Shown: positions 50,156-59,107 of the stretch, in pieces
Layout of the letters: every line of letters starts with the position of its first letter
How positions within the stretch are numbered: position 1 is the first letter of the stretch
From: an uncultured Aliarcobacter sp.
GTDB lineage: Bacteria; Campylobacterota; Campylobacteria; Campylobacterales; Arcobacteraceae
Reading direction: 5' to 3'
Assembly: GCA_963664305.2 (NCBI GenBank)
Contig: CAXXLV010000002.1
Span: forward strand, 928,001-992,000
Length of the DNA stretch: 64,000 nt
Made by a program: the position numbers and the translations under genes
The notes under the pieces: generated by a model
Database searches by the model: none
The model's input: only the letters and a program-made list of their open reading frames with translations
What the model was told of the DNA's origin: nothing

Positions 50156-50311
50156 TCAATCAAACCTCTTAAAATCATCATCTTCACTTCCATCTTTTTT
50201 TCTATTTTTAAATTTCCACATAGTTATAAAATATTTCACGCTAGCAAAACATAAAATAAAAGCTATTAAAAACATCACTATATAAATTATTATAATCATA
50301 CTTGTTTCCAT
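50156..50311 (-). CDS. Small single-pass membrane protein (51 aa; below ORF-track cutoff)
   Basis: METSMIIIIYIVMFLIAFILCFASVKYFITMWKFKNRKKDGSEDDDFKRFD; AAGGG RBS. Confidence 0.7.
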   Translation of the reverse strand: METSMIIIIYIVMFLIAFILCFASVKYFITMWKFKNRKKDGSEDDDFKRFD

Positions 50312-50379
50312 AATAAACCCTTTTTGTTTAGTATAACTCTTTTTAACTCTATATACAAGAATCTGCTATAATAACTCCC

Positions 50380-51201
50380 ATGAAAACATTTATTTTAAAT
50401 AACCTAACAAAACTAATTCTTGTGGCTTTTATGCTTACTGCTTTATTTTTTGCAAACTCTTTGACTATTGATGACAATGCCAAAAGCCTTATAAATGCCT
50501 CATTTAAACAAGCTGTTATTGTATTTGGAAGTGCAAAAGCTTTAAATGGTGTTATTTCGCTTGCACAAGGAACAGAAATTGATTTACCTTTAGTTGTTAT
50601 TGCAATTGGGGAAATACTTGACCCAATAAATGATTTAGTTGAACAATTTTCACTTGTAATGCTTGCAAGTTTAGTATCTCTTGGTATTCAAAAAATTTTA
50701 CTAAATTTTGTAACAAATGATTTATTTAACTACATTTTATTTGCTTTTATTATTATCTTTAATATTTGGCTATTCAAAAGATTTTCAAATGATGAAAATA
50801 TTAGAAGTATCTTCTTTAGAACTACTTTTATACTTCTATTTTTGAGATTTTCTATTCCTATGATGGGATATGTAAATAACATCAGTTACAACTATATCGT
50901 AAAACCTCAATACAACATAGAAACACTAAATGAAAATATTTTAAAAGTAAAAGAAGATGTAAGTAAAATAAATCAAGAAACGGTGCAACAAAAACAAGAT
51001 GAAAACTCTTTTATAGATAAGATTACTGAAAAATTTGATATGAAATTTTATGAGAAAAAAGTAAATGAATACAAAAATGCAGTTGATAATTCTAGTGAAT
51101 ATATGATTGATTTAATCATTGTTTTTATATTCCAAACTATACTTTTACCAATCATTTTTTTATATGTTTTGTATGTATTGATTAGAAAGATTGTTTTATA
51201 A
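50380..51201 (+). CDS. Conserved hypothetical membrane protein
   Basis: Several TMs; AKALNGVISLAQGT; GEILDPINDLVEQFS. Confidence 0.75.
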   Translation: MKTFILNNLTKLILVAFMLTALFFANSLTIDDNAKSLINASFKQAVIVFGSAKALNGVISLAQGTEIDLPLVVIAIGEILDPINDLVEQFSLVMLASLVSLGIQKILLNFVTNDLFNYILFAFIIIFNIWLFKRFSNDENIRSIFFRTTFILLFLRFSIPMMGYVNNISYNYIVKPQYNIETLNENILKVKEDVSKINQETVQQKQDENSFIDKITEKFDMKFYEKKVNEYKNAVDNSSEYMIDLIIVFIFQTILLPIIFLYVLYVLIRKIVL

Positions 51202-51897
51202 AAACAATCTTTCAAACTCTTTTAATATAGAAGTTGCAACAAAAGTATCATCAATTTTATTTAAAAGTTCTTCTTTATTTAACTCTTTCTTTTTAGATAC
51301 TTCACTTATATAATAATTCATAACTTCTTTATCAAATTCAGGATGAAACTGAACTCCCCAAGCACAATTTCCAACTCTAAAAGCATGATTTGAATCATGA
51401 TTATTTGAAGCTAATTTTATAGCATTTTTTGGAAGTTCTAAAACTGTTTGAGAATGAATAGTATGAGCTTTGAAACTATCTTCTAATTTTGAAAAAATAG
51501 TATCACTTTTAGCATTTTCATCTAAATTTATTTCAACTGTTCCTATTTCCATACCATTTTTATGATACCCAGAAACTCCACCTAAACTCTTTGCTAAAAG
51601 TTGATGTCCATAACAAATTGCTAAAAGAGGCACTTCATCATTTACTACGTTTTTTAACCATTTTTCAAGTTCTAAACTCCAAGCCTCTTCATCTGTAACC
51701 ATACTGTGAGAACCAGTTAATATAATCGCATCTGTTTTTCCAGGTATTGGTAAAATAGAATTTTGTTGAGCATCAATAATTGATACATCTATATCTTTAT
51801 TTTCAAACTTATTTATAATCCAATGTTCAAAATCATCAAGTTCTTTTCTCATAGATTCAAAAGTTGAACCACATTTTATAATATATAATTTTTTCAT
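51196..51897 (-). CDS. Class I glutamine amidotransferase (GMP synthase-like)
   Basis: ILTGS; AICYGHQ; GVQFHPE. Confidence 0.92.
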   Translation of the reverse strand: MKKLYIIKCGSTFESMRKELDDFEHWIINKFENKDIDVSIIDAQQNSILPIPGKTDAIILTGSHSMVTDEEAWSLELEKWLKNVVNDEVPLLAICYGHQLLAKSLGGVSGYHKNGMEIGTVEINLDENAKSDTIFSKLEDSFKAHTIHSQTVLELPKNAIKLASNNHDSNHAFRVGNCAWGVQFHPEFDKEVMNYYISEVSKKKELNKEELLNKIDDTFVATSILKEFERLFL

Positions 51898-52020
51898 AAT
51901 TCCCTCATATCAAAAGAAAAATTATATAAAATTTATTAACAAAATAATTTTTATATTGTTTAAAATTTAACCTTTGTAAGCAAAGCTTCACTAAAATAAA
52001 AAAAATTATTAAGGTTTAAA

Positions 52021-52710
52021 TTGCAAAAAAATATTTTAATCACAGGTTGTAGTTCAGGACTTGGACTTGCTCTTACAAACTATTATTTAGAAAAAAATTT
52101 TAGAGTTTTTGGAATCAGTAGAACCAAACCAAATATAGACAATCAAAACTTTATTCATATCAATTTTGATTTATCACAAGTAGATAAAATAAAAGAAAAT
52201 CTAACTGATATTTTAAAAGAGATAAACGAATTTGAAACAGTTTTTTTAAATGCTGGAATGTTGGGAAAAATCAAAGTTTTAAAAGATTTATCAATCGAAG
52301 AGTTAAATGAAGTTTATAGTCTAAATGTCTATGCAAATAAAGAACTTTTTGATATTTTGATGAATATAAAAGTTAAAAATATCATCATAATTTCATCAGG
52401 TGCTTCAAAAAATGGCTATAAAGGATGGGCAAGTTATAGTTTATCAAAAGCTGGAGTTAATATGCTTGCGAACTTATACTCAAATGAGATGTTAAATACA
52501 AAGATATTAGCAGTAGCACCTGGAGTTATAAAAACACCTATGACTGATTATATAAGATTTGAATTAGATGAGAATATCTTTCCATCAGTAAAAAAATTAA
52601 ATGAAGGTATAGTTCAAACGCCAGAAGAAACAGCTATAAAGTTAGATAATTTGATAAATAAAATAGATGAATTTGAATCAGGAAGTTATGTTGATGTGAG
52701 ATTGATTTAA
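52021..52710 (+). CDS. Short-chain dehydrogenase/reductase
   Basis: TGCSSGLG; NAG; SSGA; YSLSK; PGVIKT. Confidence 0.92.
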   Translation: MQKNILITGCSSGLGLALTNYYLEKNFRVFGISRTKPNIDNQNFIHINFDLSQVDKIKENLTDILKEINEFETVFLNAGMLGKIKVLKDLSIEELNEVYSLNVYANKELFDILMNIKVKNIIIISSGASKNGYKGWASYSLSKAGVNMLANLYSNEMLNTKILAVAPGVIKTPMTDYIRFELDENIFPSVKKLNEGIVQTPEETAIKLDNLINKIDEFESGSYVDVRLI

Positions 52711-52736
52711 AAAGAGTAATAATACTCTTTTTAAAT
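52705..52736. terminator. Bidirectional terminator
   Basis: atttaaaaagagta-ataa-tactctttttaaat perfect inverted repeat. Confidence 0.75.
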
Positions 52737-53986
52737 TAGTGATGATGTTTTAATTTTTTCTTTTTAATAGATTTAATATTTATAATCATTGCAATAGAAA
52801 CAACTAAAGCAACCACAAAGAAACCAGCAAAAACATAAAGTGTTTCAGAGTATGAACCTGTTCTATCTTTTACCATTGAAATAATAAGTGGTCCTACAAG
52901 TCCTGCTGCTGCCCATGCTGTTAAAATATAACCATGAATTGCACCAAGTTCTTTTGTTCCAAAGATATCTCCAATATACGCAGGTATTGAAGCAAATCCT
53001 CCTCCATAACAAGTCATAATAAAATATAAAACTACTTGAAATACAACTATCTCTTTGATTGAAGGCAACATATAAAATGCTAAGATTTGAGTTGCAAAGA
53101 AAACAACATATACAACTGGTCTTGTTAAATAATCACTTATTGAAGCCCACATAAGTCTTCCTGCTCCATTGAAAATTCCCATTAAACCAACCGCTGCCGC
53201 TGCTGCAATTGCAGAAATTCCTAAAACTTCTTGAAGTAAAGGAGAAGCAACACCAATAATTGCAATACCACAAGTAATATTTATAAATAACATAATCCAA
53301 AGACCATAAAATCTTGGTGTTTTAACAGCTTGTGCTAAAGTTAAGATTTCTAAATCTTCTTTTAATTTCTTTTTACCCTCTTTGATTTTTTGTTCAAATT
53401 TTTTAGGTAAATACTCATCATGTGGTTTTTCTAAATAAAGTGCAGAAGCAAACATAATTACAAAATAACTTGCACCTAAAATAAAGAATGTTCCAGCAAT
53501 TCCAACTGCTTCAATTAAGATTTTAATTGCAGGTCCCCAAATAGCAGATGCAAATCCAAATCCCATAATAGCAAGTCCTGTTGCCATACCTCTTTTATCT
53601 GGAAACCATTTTACTAGTGTTGATACAGGAGAGATATATCCTATTCCTAAACCACAACCACCTAAAACTCCATAAAAAAAGTAAAGTAACATTTTTGATT
53701 CCATCATTATTGCAAGTCCAGACCCCATTGTTCCTAAACCAAAAAGTGATGCAGAAATAATAGCTGAAACTCTAGGACCATTTTTCTCAACAAATTTTCC
53801 CATAAGTGCAGCAGATAATCCCAAAAAGAAAATTGCAATACTAAATGCAATAGTTACATCAGTTAAATCCCATTGCATTTGTGCTTGAATTGGTTTTACA
53901 TAAACGCTCCAAGCATAAACTGAACCAATACAGATATGAACACCAACAGCACTAAGTGCCATCAGCCAACGATTTTTTTCTATCAT
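52736..53986 (-). CDS. OFA-family MFS transporter (oxalate/formate/lactate-type)
   Basis: IGSVYAWS; KWFPDKRGMATG; GAIHGYILTAW. Confidence 0.92.
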   Translation of the reverse strand: MIEKNRWLMALSAVGVHICIGSVYAWSVYVKPIQAQMQWDLTDVTIAFSIAIFFLGLSAALMGKFVEKNGPRVSAIISASLFGLGTMGSGLAIMMESKMLLYFFYGVLGGCGLGIGYISPVSTLVKWFPDKRGMATGLAIMGFGFASAIWGPAIKILIEAVGIAGTFFILGASYFVIMFASALYLEKPHDEYLPKKFEQKIKEGKKKLKEDLEILTLAQAVKTPRFYGLWIMLFINITCGIAIIGVASPLLQEVLGISAIAAAAAVGLMGIFNGAGRLMWASISDYLTRPVVYVVFFATQILAFYMLPSIKEIVVFQVVLYFIMTCYGGGFASIPAYIGDIFGTKELGAIHGYILTAWAAAGLVGPLIISMVKDRTGSYSETLYVFAGFFVVALVVSIAMIINIKSIKKKKLKHHH

Positions 53987-54045
53987 TTATGTCTCCTAAA
54001 ATAAAAACGTGGATTTTAGCAAATTAAGATAAAATCACTCTTATT

Positions 54046-54948
54046 TTAGTTACAAAATACTAAATTTTTTAAGCTTTTTTCTTCATTGTCAGTTATAAAT
54101 TCATTTAGATTTTCTAATCTTTTTTCAAATCTAAAGGTAGGAGCAAACTCTTTGAATTTTTCTTTTATAAAATTACTATCAAGTTCTGGAGCATTTAAAC
54201 AAGATAAAATAATACAATTATCACTTGATAATTCATCTATTCTTTTTATGATTTTTTCATAATCTTTAGTTGCTGCAAAACTTCCTTTTTGAAAAGATGG
54301 TGGGTCAATAATGATAATATCATAAGGAGCTTCTTTTTTGATTCTACTCCATGATTTTAAAATATCATAAGGCATAAATTTTACTTTTTTTGTATCAAGA
54401 TTATTTAAATAATGATTTTCTCTTCCCGTTGTTAAAGCACCTTTTGCCATATCTACATTTACAACTTGTTTTGCTTCACTGTTTATTGCAACAACAGAAA
54501 AAGCACAAGTATAAGAAAAAAGATTTAAAATATTTTTATCTTTACAAATAGAACTTATATATTCACGCCCTATTTTCATATCTAAAAAAAGTCCAATATT
54601 TTTATTATAAAAGTTAATTTTATATTTTAAACCATTTTCTAAAACTATATAAAATGGTGGAATTTCTCCCTTTATTGCTTCATTTAGATTTTCATTTTTG
54701 TATCTTCTTTGAACTATAAAAGTTTCAAAACCTTTTATTGTTGCTACTTCATCAAGAAGTTTGATAATCTCTTCTTCTTTTTCATTTTCTTCAAAAAATG
54801 TAACAAATAAAATCTCATCTAAACTATCAACAGTTAAATAATTAAAATCATCATAGAAATTTCCTCGTCCATGGAAAACTCTTTTTATCTCTTTTGTTTT
54901 ATTTTCCAGATTTTTTAAAATAATCTCTTTTAACTTTTTTAGTTCCAT
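54046..54948 (-). CDS. RlmI/RlmK-like SAM-dependent methyltransferase
   Basis: RVFHGRG; NIGLFLD; LNLFSYTCAFS; IIDPPSFQKG; start ATG 54948. Confidence 0.88.
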   Translation of the reverse strand: MELKKLKEIILKNLENKTKEIKRVFHGRGNFYDDFNYLTVDSLDEILFVTFFEENEKEEEIIKLLDEVATIKGFETFIVQRRYKNENLNEAIKGEIPPFYIVLENGLKYKINFYNKNIGLFLDMKIGREYISSICKDKNILNLFSYTCAFSVVAINSEAKQVVNVDMAKGALTTGRENHYLNNLDTKKVKFMPYDILKSWSRIKKEAPYDIIIIDPPSFQKGSFAATKDYEKIIKRIDELSSDNCIILSCLNAPELDSNFIKEKFKEFAPTFRFEKRLENLNEFITDNEEKSLKNLVFCN

Positions 54949-54949
54949 T

Positions 54950-55426
54950 TTAAGCCTCAAACTCTTTAATAGAAATTACTTTATACTCAAAAATTTCACC
55001 ATTGATTTCAAATTCAAACTCTTGATTTAAACTTTTACCCAATAATGTTTTTCCAAAAGGTGATTTATTTGAGATTTTATTTTCATTTATATTAACTTCA
55101 AAAGTTCCAACAATAATAAAAGTTTTTAATTCATTTGTATCCAAATCTTCTATAACTACATGTGAACCAAAATTTACTTTTGTGTGAGGAATTTGTGTGA
55201 TATCTATTACTTCACTATTATTTATAATTTTATCAAGAAATCTAAGTCTTTTATCGCAATTTCTTATTTGTTCTTTTGCAGCAATATACTCGGCATTTTC
55301 ACTTCTATCGCCAAGTTGAGCTGCTATTTCTTTCTCTTTTACCCAAAAAGATTTCTCTTTTAGTAAACTTTTAAACTCTTCAACTATTTTTTCATAACCA
55401 TTTTTTGTAATTAAATCTTTATTCAT
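54950..55426 (-). CDS. Gre-family transcription elongation factor (GreB-like)
   Basis: AAQLGDRSENAEY..DKRLRFL; ISNKSPFG. Confidence 0.9.
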   Translation of the reverse strand: MNKDLITKNGYEKIVEEFKSLLKEKSFWVKEKEIAAQLGDRSENAEYIAAKEQIRNCDKRLRFLDKIINNSEVIDITQIPHTKVNFGSHVVIEDLDTNELKTFIIVGTFEVNINENKISNKSPFGKTLLGKSLNQEFEFEINGEIFEYKVISIKEFEA

Positions 55427-55438
55427 AAAGAAATTATA

Positions 55439-55738
55439 TTAAGTTTTTTTATATTTTTTCGTTAATCTCGCATAATCATAAAAATCACTTAACATCAAAT
55501 ATCTCATTTGCATATCTTGGAATTTTCTAACAACCATAAAATTTCCTTCATTAAAAAGCCTAACATCATCAATAAACTCTTTTGGATATTCAAGTTTTTC
55601 AGCTTTTATAGAAGAAAAACACTCCATAAAATCTAAAAAAAGGGATTCAATAATTTCCTCTTTCTCTTTTGAAGGTTGGGTTAAAAAATCCTGAACACTC
55701 TCGAACTCTTTACAAATTTCAATTAAACATTTGTGCAT
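55439..55738 (-). CDS. Hypothetical acidic helical protein (99 aa)
   Basis: ORF overlapping the upstream ArsC-like gene; no family recognised. Confidence 0.7.
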   Translation of the reverse strand: MHKCLIEICKEFESVQDFLTQPSKEKEEIIESLFLDFMECFSSIKAEKLEYPKEFIDDVRLFNEGNFMVVRKFQDMQMRYLMLSDFYDYARLTKKYKKT

Positions 55739-56145
55739 GAGTCACTACTTAAACAGCTATTTATTTTTTTATCTGTATCTATTTTTAGATTTAAAATTTT
55801 ATTGATTTTTTCAACATCAAAACCACAGATTTTATTTCCATTTATTTCCATCAATGGTCTTTTTATCAAAATTGGATTTTTTATCATAAGATTTATAACT
55901 TCATCTTTTGAGAGATTTTTTATATTTATTTCACCTGCTTTTATTTGCGGAGCAAAAGGATTAAACATCTCTTCTACACTTAAATCTTCAAAATAAGCAC
56001 TTAACTCTTCATAACTCCATTTTGTATCAAGCAAACTTTTTACTTCAAAATTAATACCATAACTTTTTAATAACTCTTTTTGTCTAGAGTTTCCTGAACA
56101 TCCTGTTTTTTCATAAAACTCAAAAGTATAAAACCCAAATCCCAT
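55723..56145 (-). CDS. ArsC/Spx-family protein, nitrogenase-associated type
   Basis: FYEKTGCSGNSRQKELL; FNPFAPQIK; PILIKRPLM; GFD. Confidence 0.82.
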   Translation of the reverse strand: MGFGFYTFEFYEKTGCSGNSRQKELLKSYGINFEVKSLLDTKWSYEELSAYFEDLSVEEMFNPFAPQIKAGEINIKNLSKDEVINLMIKNPILIKRPLMEINGNKICGFDVEKINKILNLKIDTDKKINSCLSSDSCTNV

Positions 56146-56159
56146 AATTTCCCCTTTTT

Positions 56160-56861
56160 TTAAATTAATTTTTCTGATAACTTTTTTATTGTCATTTTTT
56201 GAAGAAGATGTAAATTTGATTTTTCAATCCATTTATCCACCTCATTTTTATAATGTTTTAGTATTAAAATATGGATTTTTTCTTTTTTTTCTATAATCTC
56301 TTCTAAATGTTCTTTTAACTCTTCTTGGTTTAGTTCTCTTAAATCTTTTAGTTTAAAAAAAAGTGCTTCTTTAAAAGTTTCATCAATAAACTTTTCAGCT
56401 TTTTGCATAAAAATAGTTGCTTCTATTTCATCTGCAAATATGTCATTCCATTTTCTTCCATTTTTAAGCTGGTCAACTGCGACTTCTAAAAAAACTGGAA
56501 CAATATCCAAAACCTTATTTAACTCTTTGAAATCATCATCAACAAGGGAACGAAATAACATTCTAGTTCTATTTTTTATTTTTACTCGTAAATTTGGATT
56601 TTCAATTACTTCTTTATGCAAAAGAGTAAATCTTTTTAAAGCATTTAATTTTGAGTGATTAAAAGCCATTATTGAAACCAGAGGGTCAATATCTTTTATT
56701 TGAGCTTCACAAGAACCATTTGGTCTACAAAATGCCCAATAAAGTCTAGCTTCCATATCTGGATGATTTAGATATTTCTCATCACCTAAGGCTTCAAAAT
56801 CATCTTCATCTTTTAGTATTTCAACCTCATCTTTATATGTTAAATTGAATAACTCTTCCAT
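56160..56861 (-). CDS. Hypothetical protein (233 aa)
   Basis: ATG 56861 overlapping the VWA gene end; helical; no family recognised. Confidence 0.75.
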   Translation of the reverse strand: MEELFNLTYKDEVEILKDEDDFEALGDEKYLNHPDMEARLYWAFCRPNGSCEAQIKDIDPLVSIMAFNHSKLNALKRFTLLHKEVIENPNLRVKIKNRTRMLFRSLVDDDFKELNKVLDIVPVFLEVAVDQLKNGRKWNDIFADEIEATIFMQKAEKFIDETFKEALFFKLKDLRELNQEELKEHLEEIIEKKEKIHILILKHYKNEVDKWIEKSNLHLLQKMTIKKLSEKLI

Positions 56862-58020
56862 CTTTTTCAAACTTTCTTAGATTTTTTTTATTACTGATTA
56901 TAAAAAGTGTATTACATAAAAGAGATTCTGTTAATTCAAACTCTCCATCACTTAAAACAATCAATAAGCTATCATTTCTTACTTCACTTGATTTTTTTAA
57001 ATATCTCAAACATTCATCAAAATTTGTACCACCATTTGATTTTGGGATTAATAATTCATCACTTGAAAGGGGATTAAAACTATCAAACTTTATGATATAT
57101 TCACTTCGCACTTTTAAATCAAAAGGTAAAATCTCTACATTATATTCATAAAAACTATCTGCTATTTCGCCTATAATTCCCAAAAACTTTTTATATTCAT
57201 CAAGGGTTACACTAGAAGAACTATCAAGAGCTATATAGATATTTAGATTATCGTTTAGCTTTTTTGTTCCAGGCATATAAATACCATTACTTATGAACCT
57301 TTTATTTGGTCTTTCATAAGAGAGTTGTTTTTCAAAAAAAGAGCTTATTAAATACTCTTTTAACTCATCACTTAGATTTATTTCTGGTTTGATTAAAGTA
57401 TCTATTTCAATACTCATTCCCTCATATAAATTTGAAGCTTTTTTTGCAATACTCAAAGCTTGAATAATAATCCCATCAAGTTTTTCTTGATCTATTTTTT
57501 CATTTTTCACATACACCTCATCTAAATCTAGTTTTGATTTGTCATATTCATTTGAATCTAAAGTTCCATCTTTATCAGGATTTGTTTTTCCTATTTCTTC
57601 TTTTTTCTTTTTATAAAGTATTTCATATACCTCTTCAACACACTTATCTTTTAATGTTAAATCAAAAATCTCATCAACTGGTCTTGAACCAATATTTGTA
57701 AAAGTCGAAAGAATATTGTTTATTACAATATCACAAGCTTTATTCCAAATATAACTATCCCTTGTTTTTTGTCTATATGGATGTTTTAAAACTATATGAA
57801 GTAATGTGTGTGCGTAAAGGTAAGTTATCTCTTCTTTTGTATATTTCTTAAGTTTATTTGTATCAATAGTGATTTTAAAACCATTTGTTAAAAAAGCACT
57901 ATTTTTATTTTCATCATAAGAAGTTTCTATACTCAAAGCTAAAACAGATAAAAAAGGATGATTAAATAAGAAATTAACTCTTATTTTTTCAAATACATCT
58001 TTATATGATGTAGTCTGCAT
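56833..58020 (-). CDS. DUF2201-type metallopeptidase-like + VWA domain protein
   Basis: AFLTNG; AHTLLHIVLKH; WNKACDIVIN; MIDAS DSSSS; GGTNF; LSDGE. Confidence 0.85.
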   Translation of the reverse strand: MQTTSYKDVFEKIRVNFLFNHPFLSVLALSIETSYDENKNSAFLTNGFKITIDTNKLKKYTKEEITYLYAHTLLHIVLKHPYRQKTRDSYIWNKACDIVINNILSTFTNIGSRPVDEIFDLTLKDKCVEEVYEILYKKKKEEIGKTNPDKDGTLDSNEYDKSKLDLDEVYVKNEKIDQEKLDGIIIQALSIAKKASNLYEGMSIEIDTLIKPEINLSDELKEYLISSFFEKQLSYERPNKRFISNGIYMPGTKKLNDNLNIYIALDSSSSVTLDEYKKFLGIIGEIADSFYEYNVEILPFDLKVRSEYIIKFDSFNPLSSDELLIPKSNGGTNFDECLRYLKKSSEVRNDSLLIVLSDGEFELTESLLCNTLFIISNKKNLRKFEKDGRVIQFNI

Positions 58021-59008
58021 ATTTTTCAATCCACTCATCAAATTCACCTAATGTTGTAATCTCTTCATCTTTTACAATTAAATCTTTAATAAGCATTACT
58101 GCAAACTCAACTGGCAGTTTTTTACTATAAGCAAAGATATTTACAGCTTGATTACAATCTTTATATTTTTCAATAACTGCTGAACATAAAGCATATAAAG
58201 CACTAGGTTCGTTTGGAACTACATCACAAGTTCCTTCTAATATCTCATCAATATTTGGTAAAGTCTCATAAACTTTAATAAACGAAATAAACTCTATTGC
58301 AGCTGCATATCCAACTGTTCCATAAATAATTGGTGAGATAACTGATACATCACTCTCATTTTTTAAAATAGTTGATAACATACTCCAAGCTCTTGGCGTA
58401 CAAAAAGCGGGATTTGTTTCAGTAGAATTTGGAACTTCACTACTTAATAAATCAGGTCTAAATCCTAAAAAACCTAAAATATATGAATGAATACCATTTA
58501 AAATTGCCCAATTTTTAAAATCATCATATTTAGCTTCTAGTAATAAATGAACCATTCTATTTACAAGTGGACTTGGAAGTTTAAAAACAATTCCTTTATC
58601 ATTTATTTTATTTCCAGCACAAACTATTTTCCAATTTTTTGGAAGGGAATACTCCCCTATTTTTCTATCAAGAACTAACTGATAAATAGCAGCTTGAACA
58701 GAAAGTGAAGCTGAGTTTAACTCATCTAAAAATAATATTCCACTAGAGTTTTCATCTTTTGGTAAAAAAATTGGACTCATCCAAACTGTTTGATTATCTA
58801 AAATTGCAGGAATTCCTCGTAAATCAACTGCATCAAGTTGAGAAAGCCTAACATCAATCAACTCCAAATTATTCTTTTTTGCAATATCATTTACTATATA
58901 TGATTTTCCAATTCCTGGACTTCCATGTATAAATACAGGAATATCACTTTTTAATAATATTTGTAATTGTTTGTATAATTCTTGTGTTCCAATTGCAGGA
59001 GTTACCAT
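58001..59008 (-). CDS. MoxR-like AAA+ ATPase
   Basis: HGSPGIGKS; DLRGIP; LFLDELN; CAGN; PLVNRM; TPRAW. Confidence 0.92.
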   Translation of the reverse strand: MVTPAIGTQELYKQLQILLKSDIPVFIHGSPGIGKSYIVNDIAKKNNLELIDVRLSQLDAVDLRGIPAILDNQTVWMSPIFLPKDENSSGILFLDELNSASLSVQAAIYQLVLDRKIGEYSLPKNWKIVCAGNKINDKGIVFKLPSPLVNRMVHLLLEAKYDDFKNWAILNGIHSYILGFLGFRPDLLSSEVPNSTETNPAFCTPRAWSMLSTILKNESDVSVISPIIYGTVGYAAAIEFISFIKVYETLPNIDEILEGTCDVVPNEPSALYALCSAVIEKYKDCNQAVNIFAYSKKLPVEFAVMLIKDLIVKDEEITTLGEFDEWIEKYADYII

Positions 59009-59036
59009 ATTTCAACCTATTTTTTTCTTTCAAGTA

Positions 59037-59052
59037 TGCAATTTTTATACCT
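59037..59052 (-). promoter_or_regulatory. Sigma54-like -24/-12 element upstream of the AAA operon
   Basis: aGGTATAAAAATTGCA (GG-N10-GC); lacks the consensus T before GG. Confidence 0.45.
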
Positions 59053-59107
59053 TTTCTTTCAAAGTTCAGTTAAGTTATACTTCTACTTTTTAAAACTAGG
59101 AGTTGCT

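Noticed and set aside
55439..55738. 99-aa ORF as CowN because of its size and nitrogenase-associated neighbour
   Set aside because: No CowN-like DRYVSF or C-terminal E-x-x-C motifs
58982..59107. Cys-rich N-terminal extension of RluA in the ORF track
   Set aside because: Overlaps the divergent AAA gene and its promoter; the real start is TTG 59108 with an AGGAG RBS
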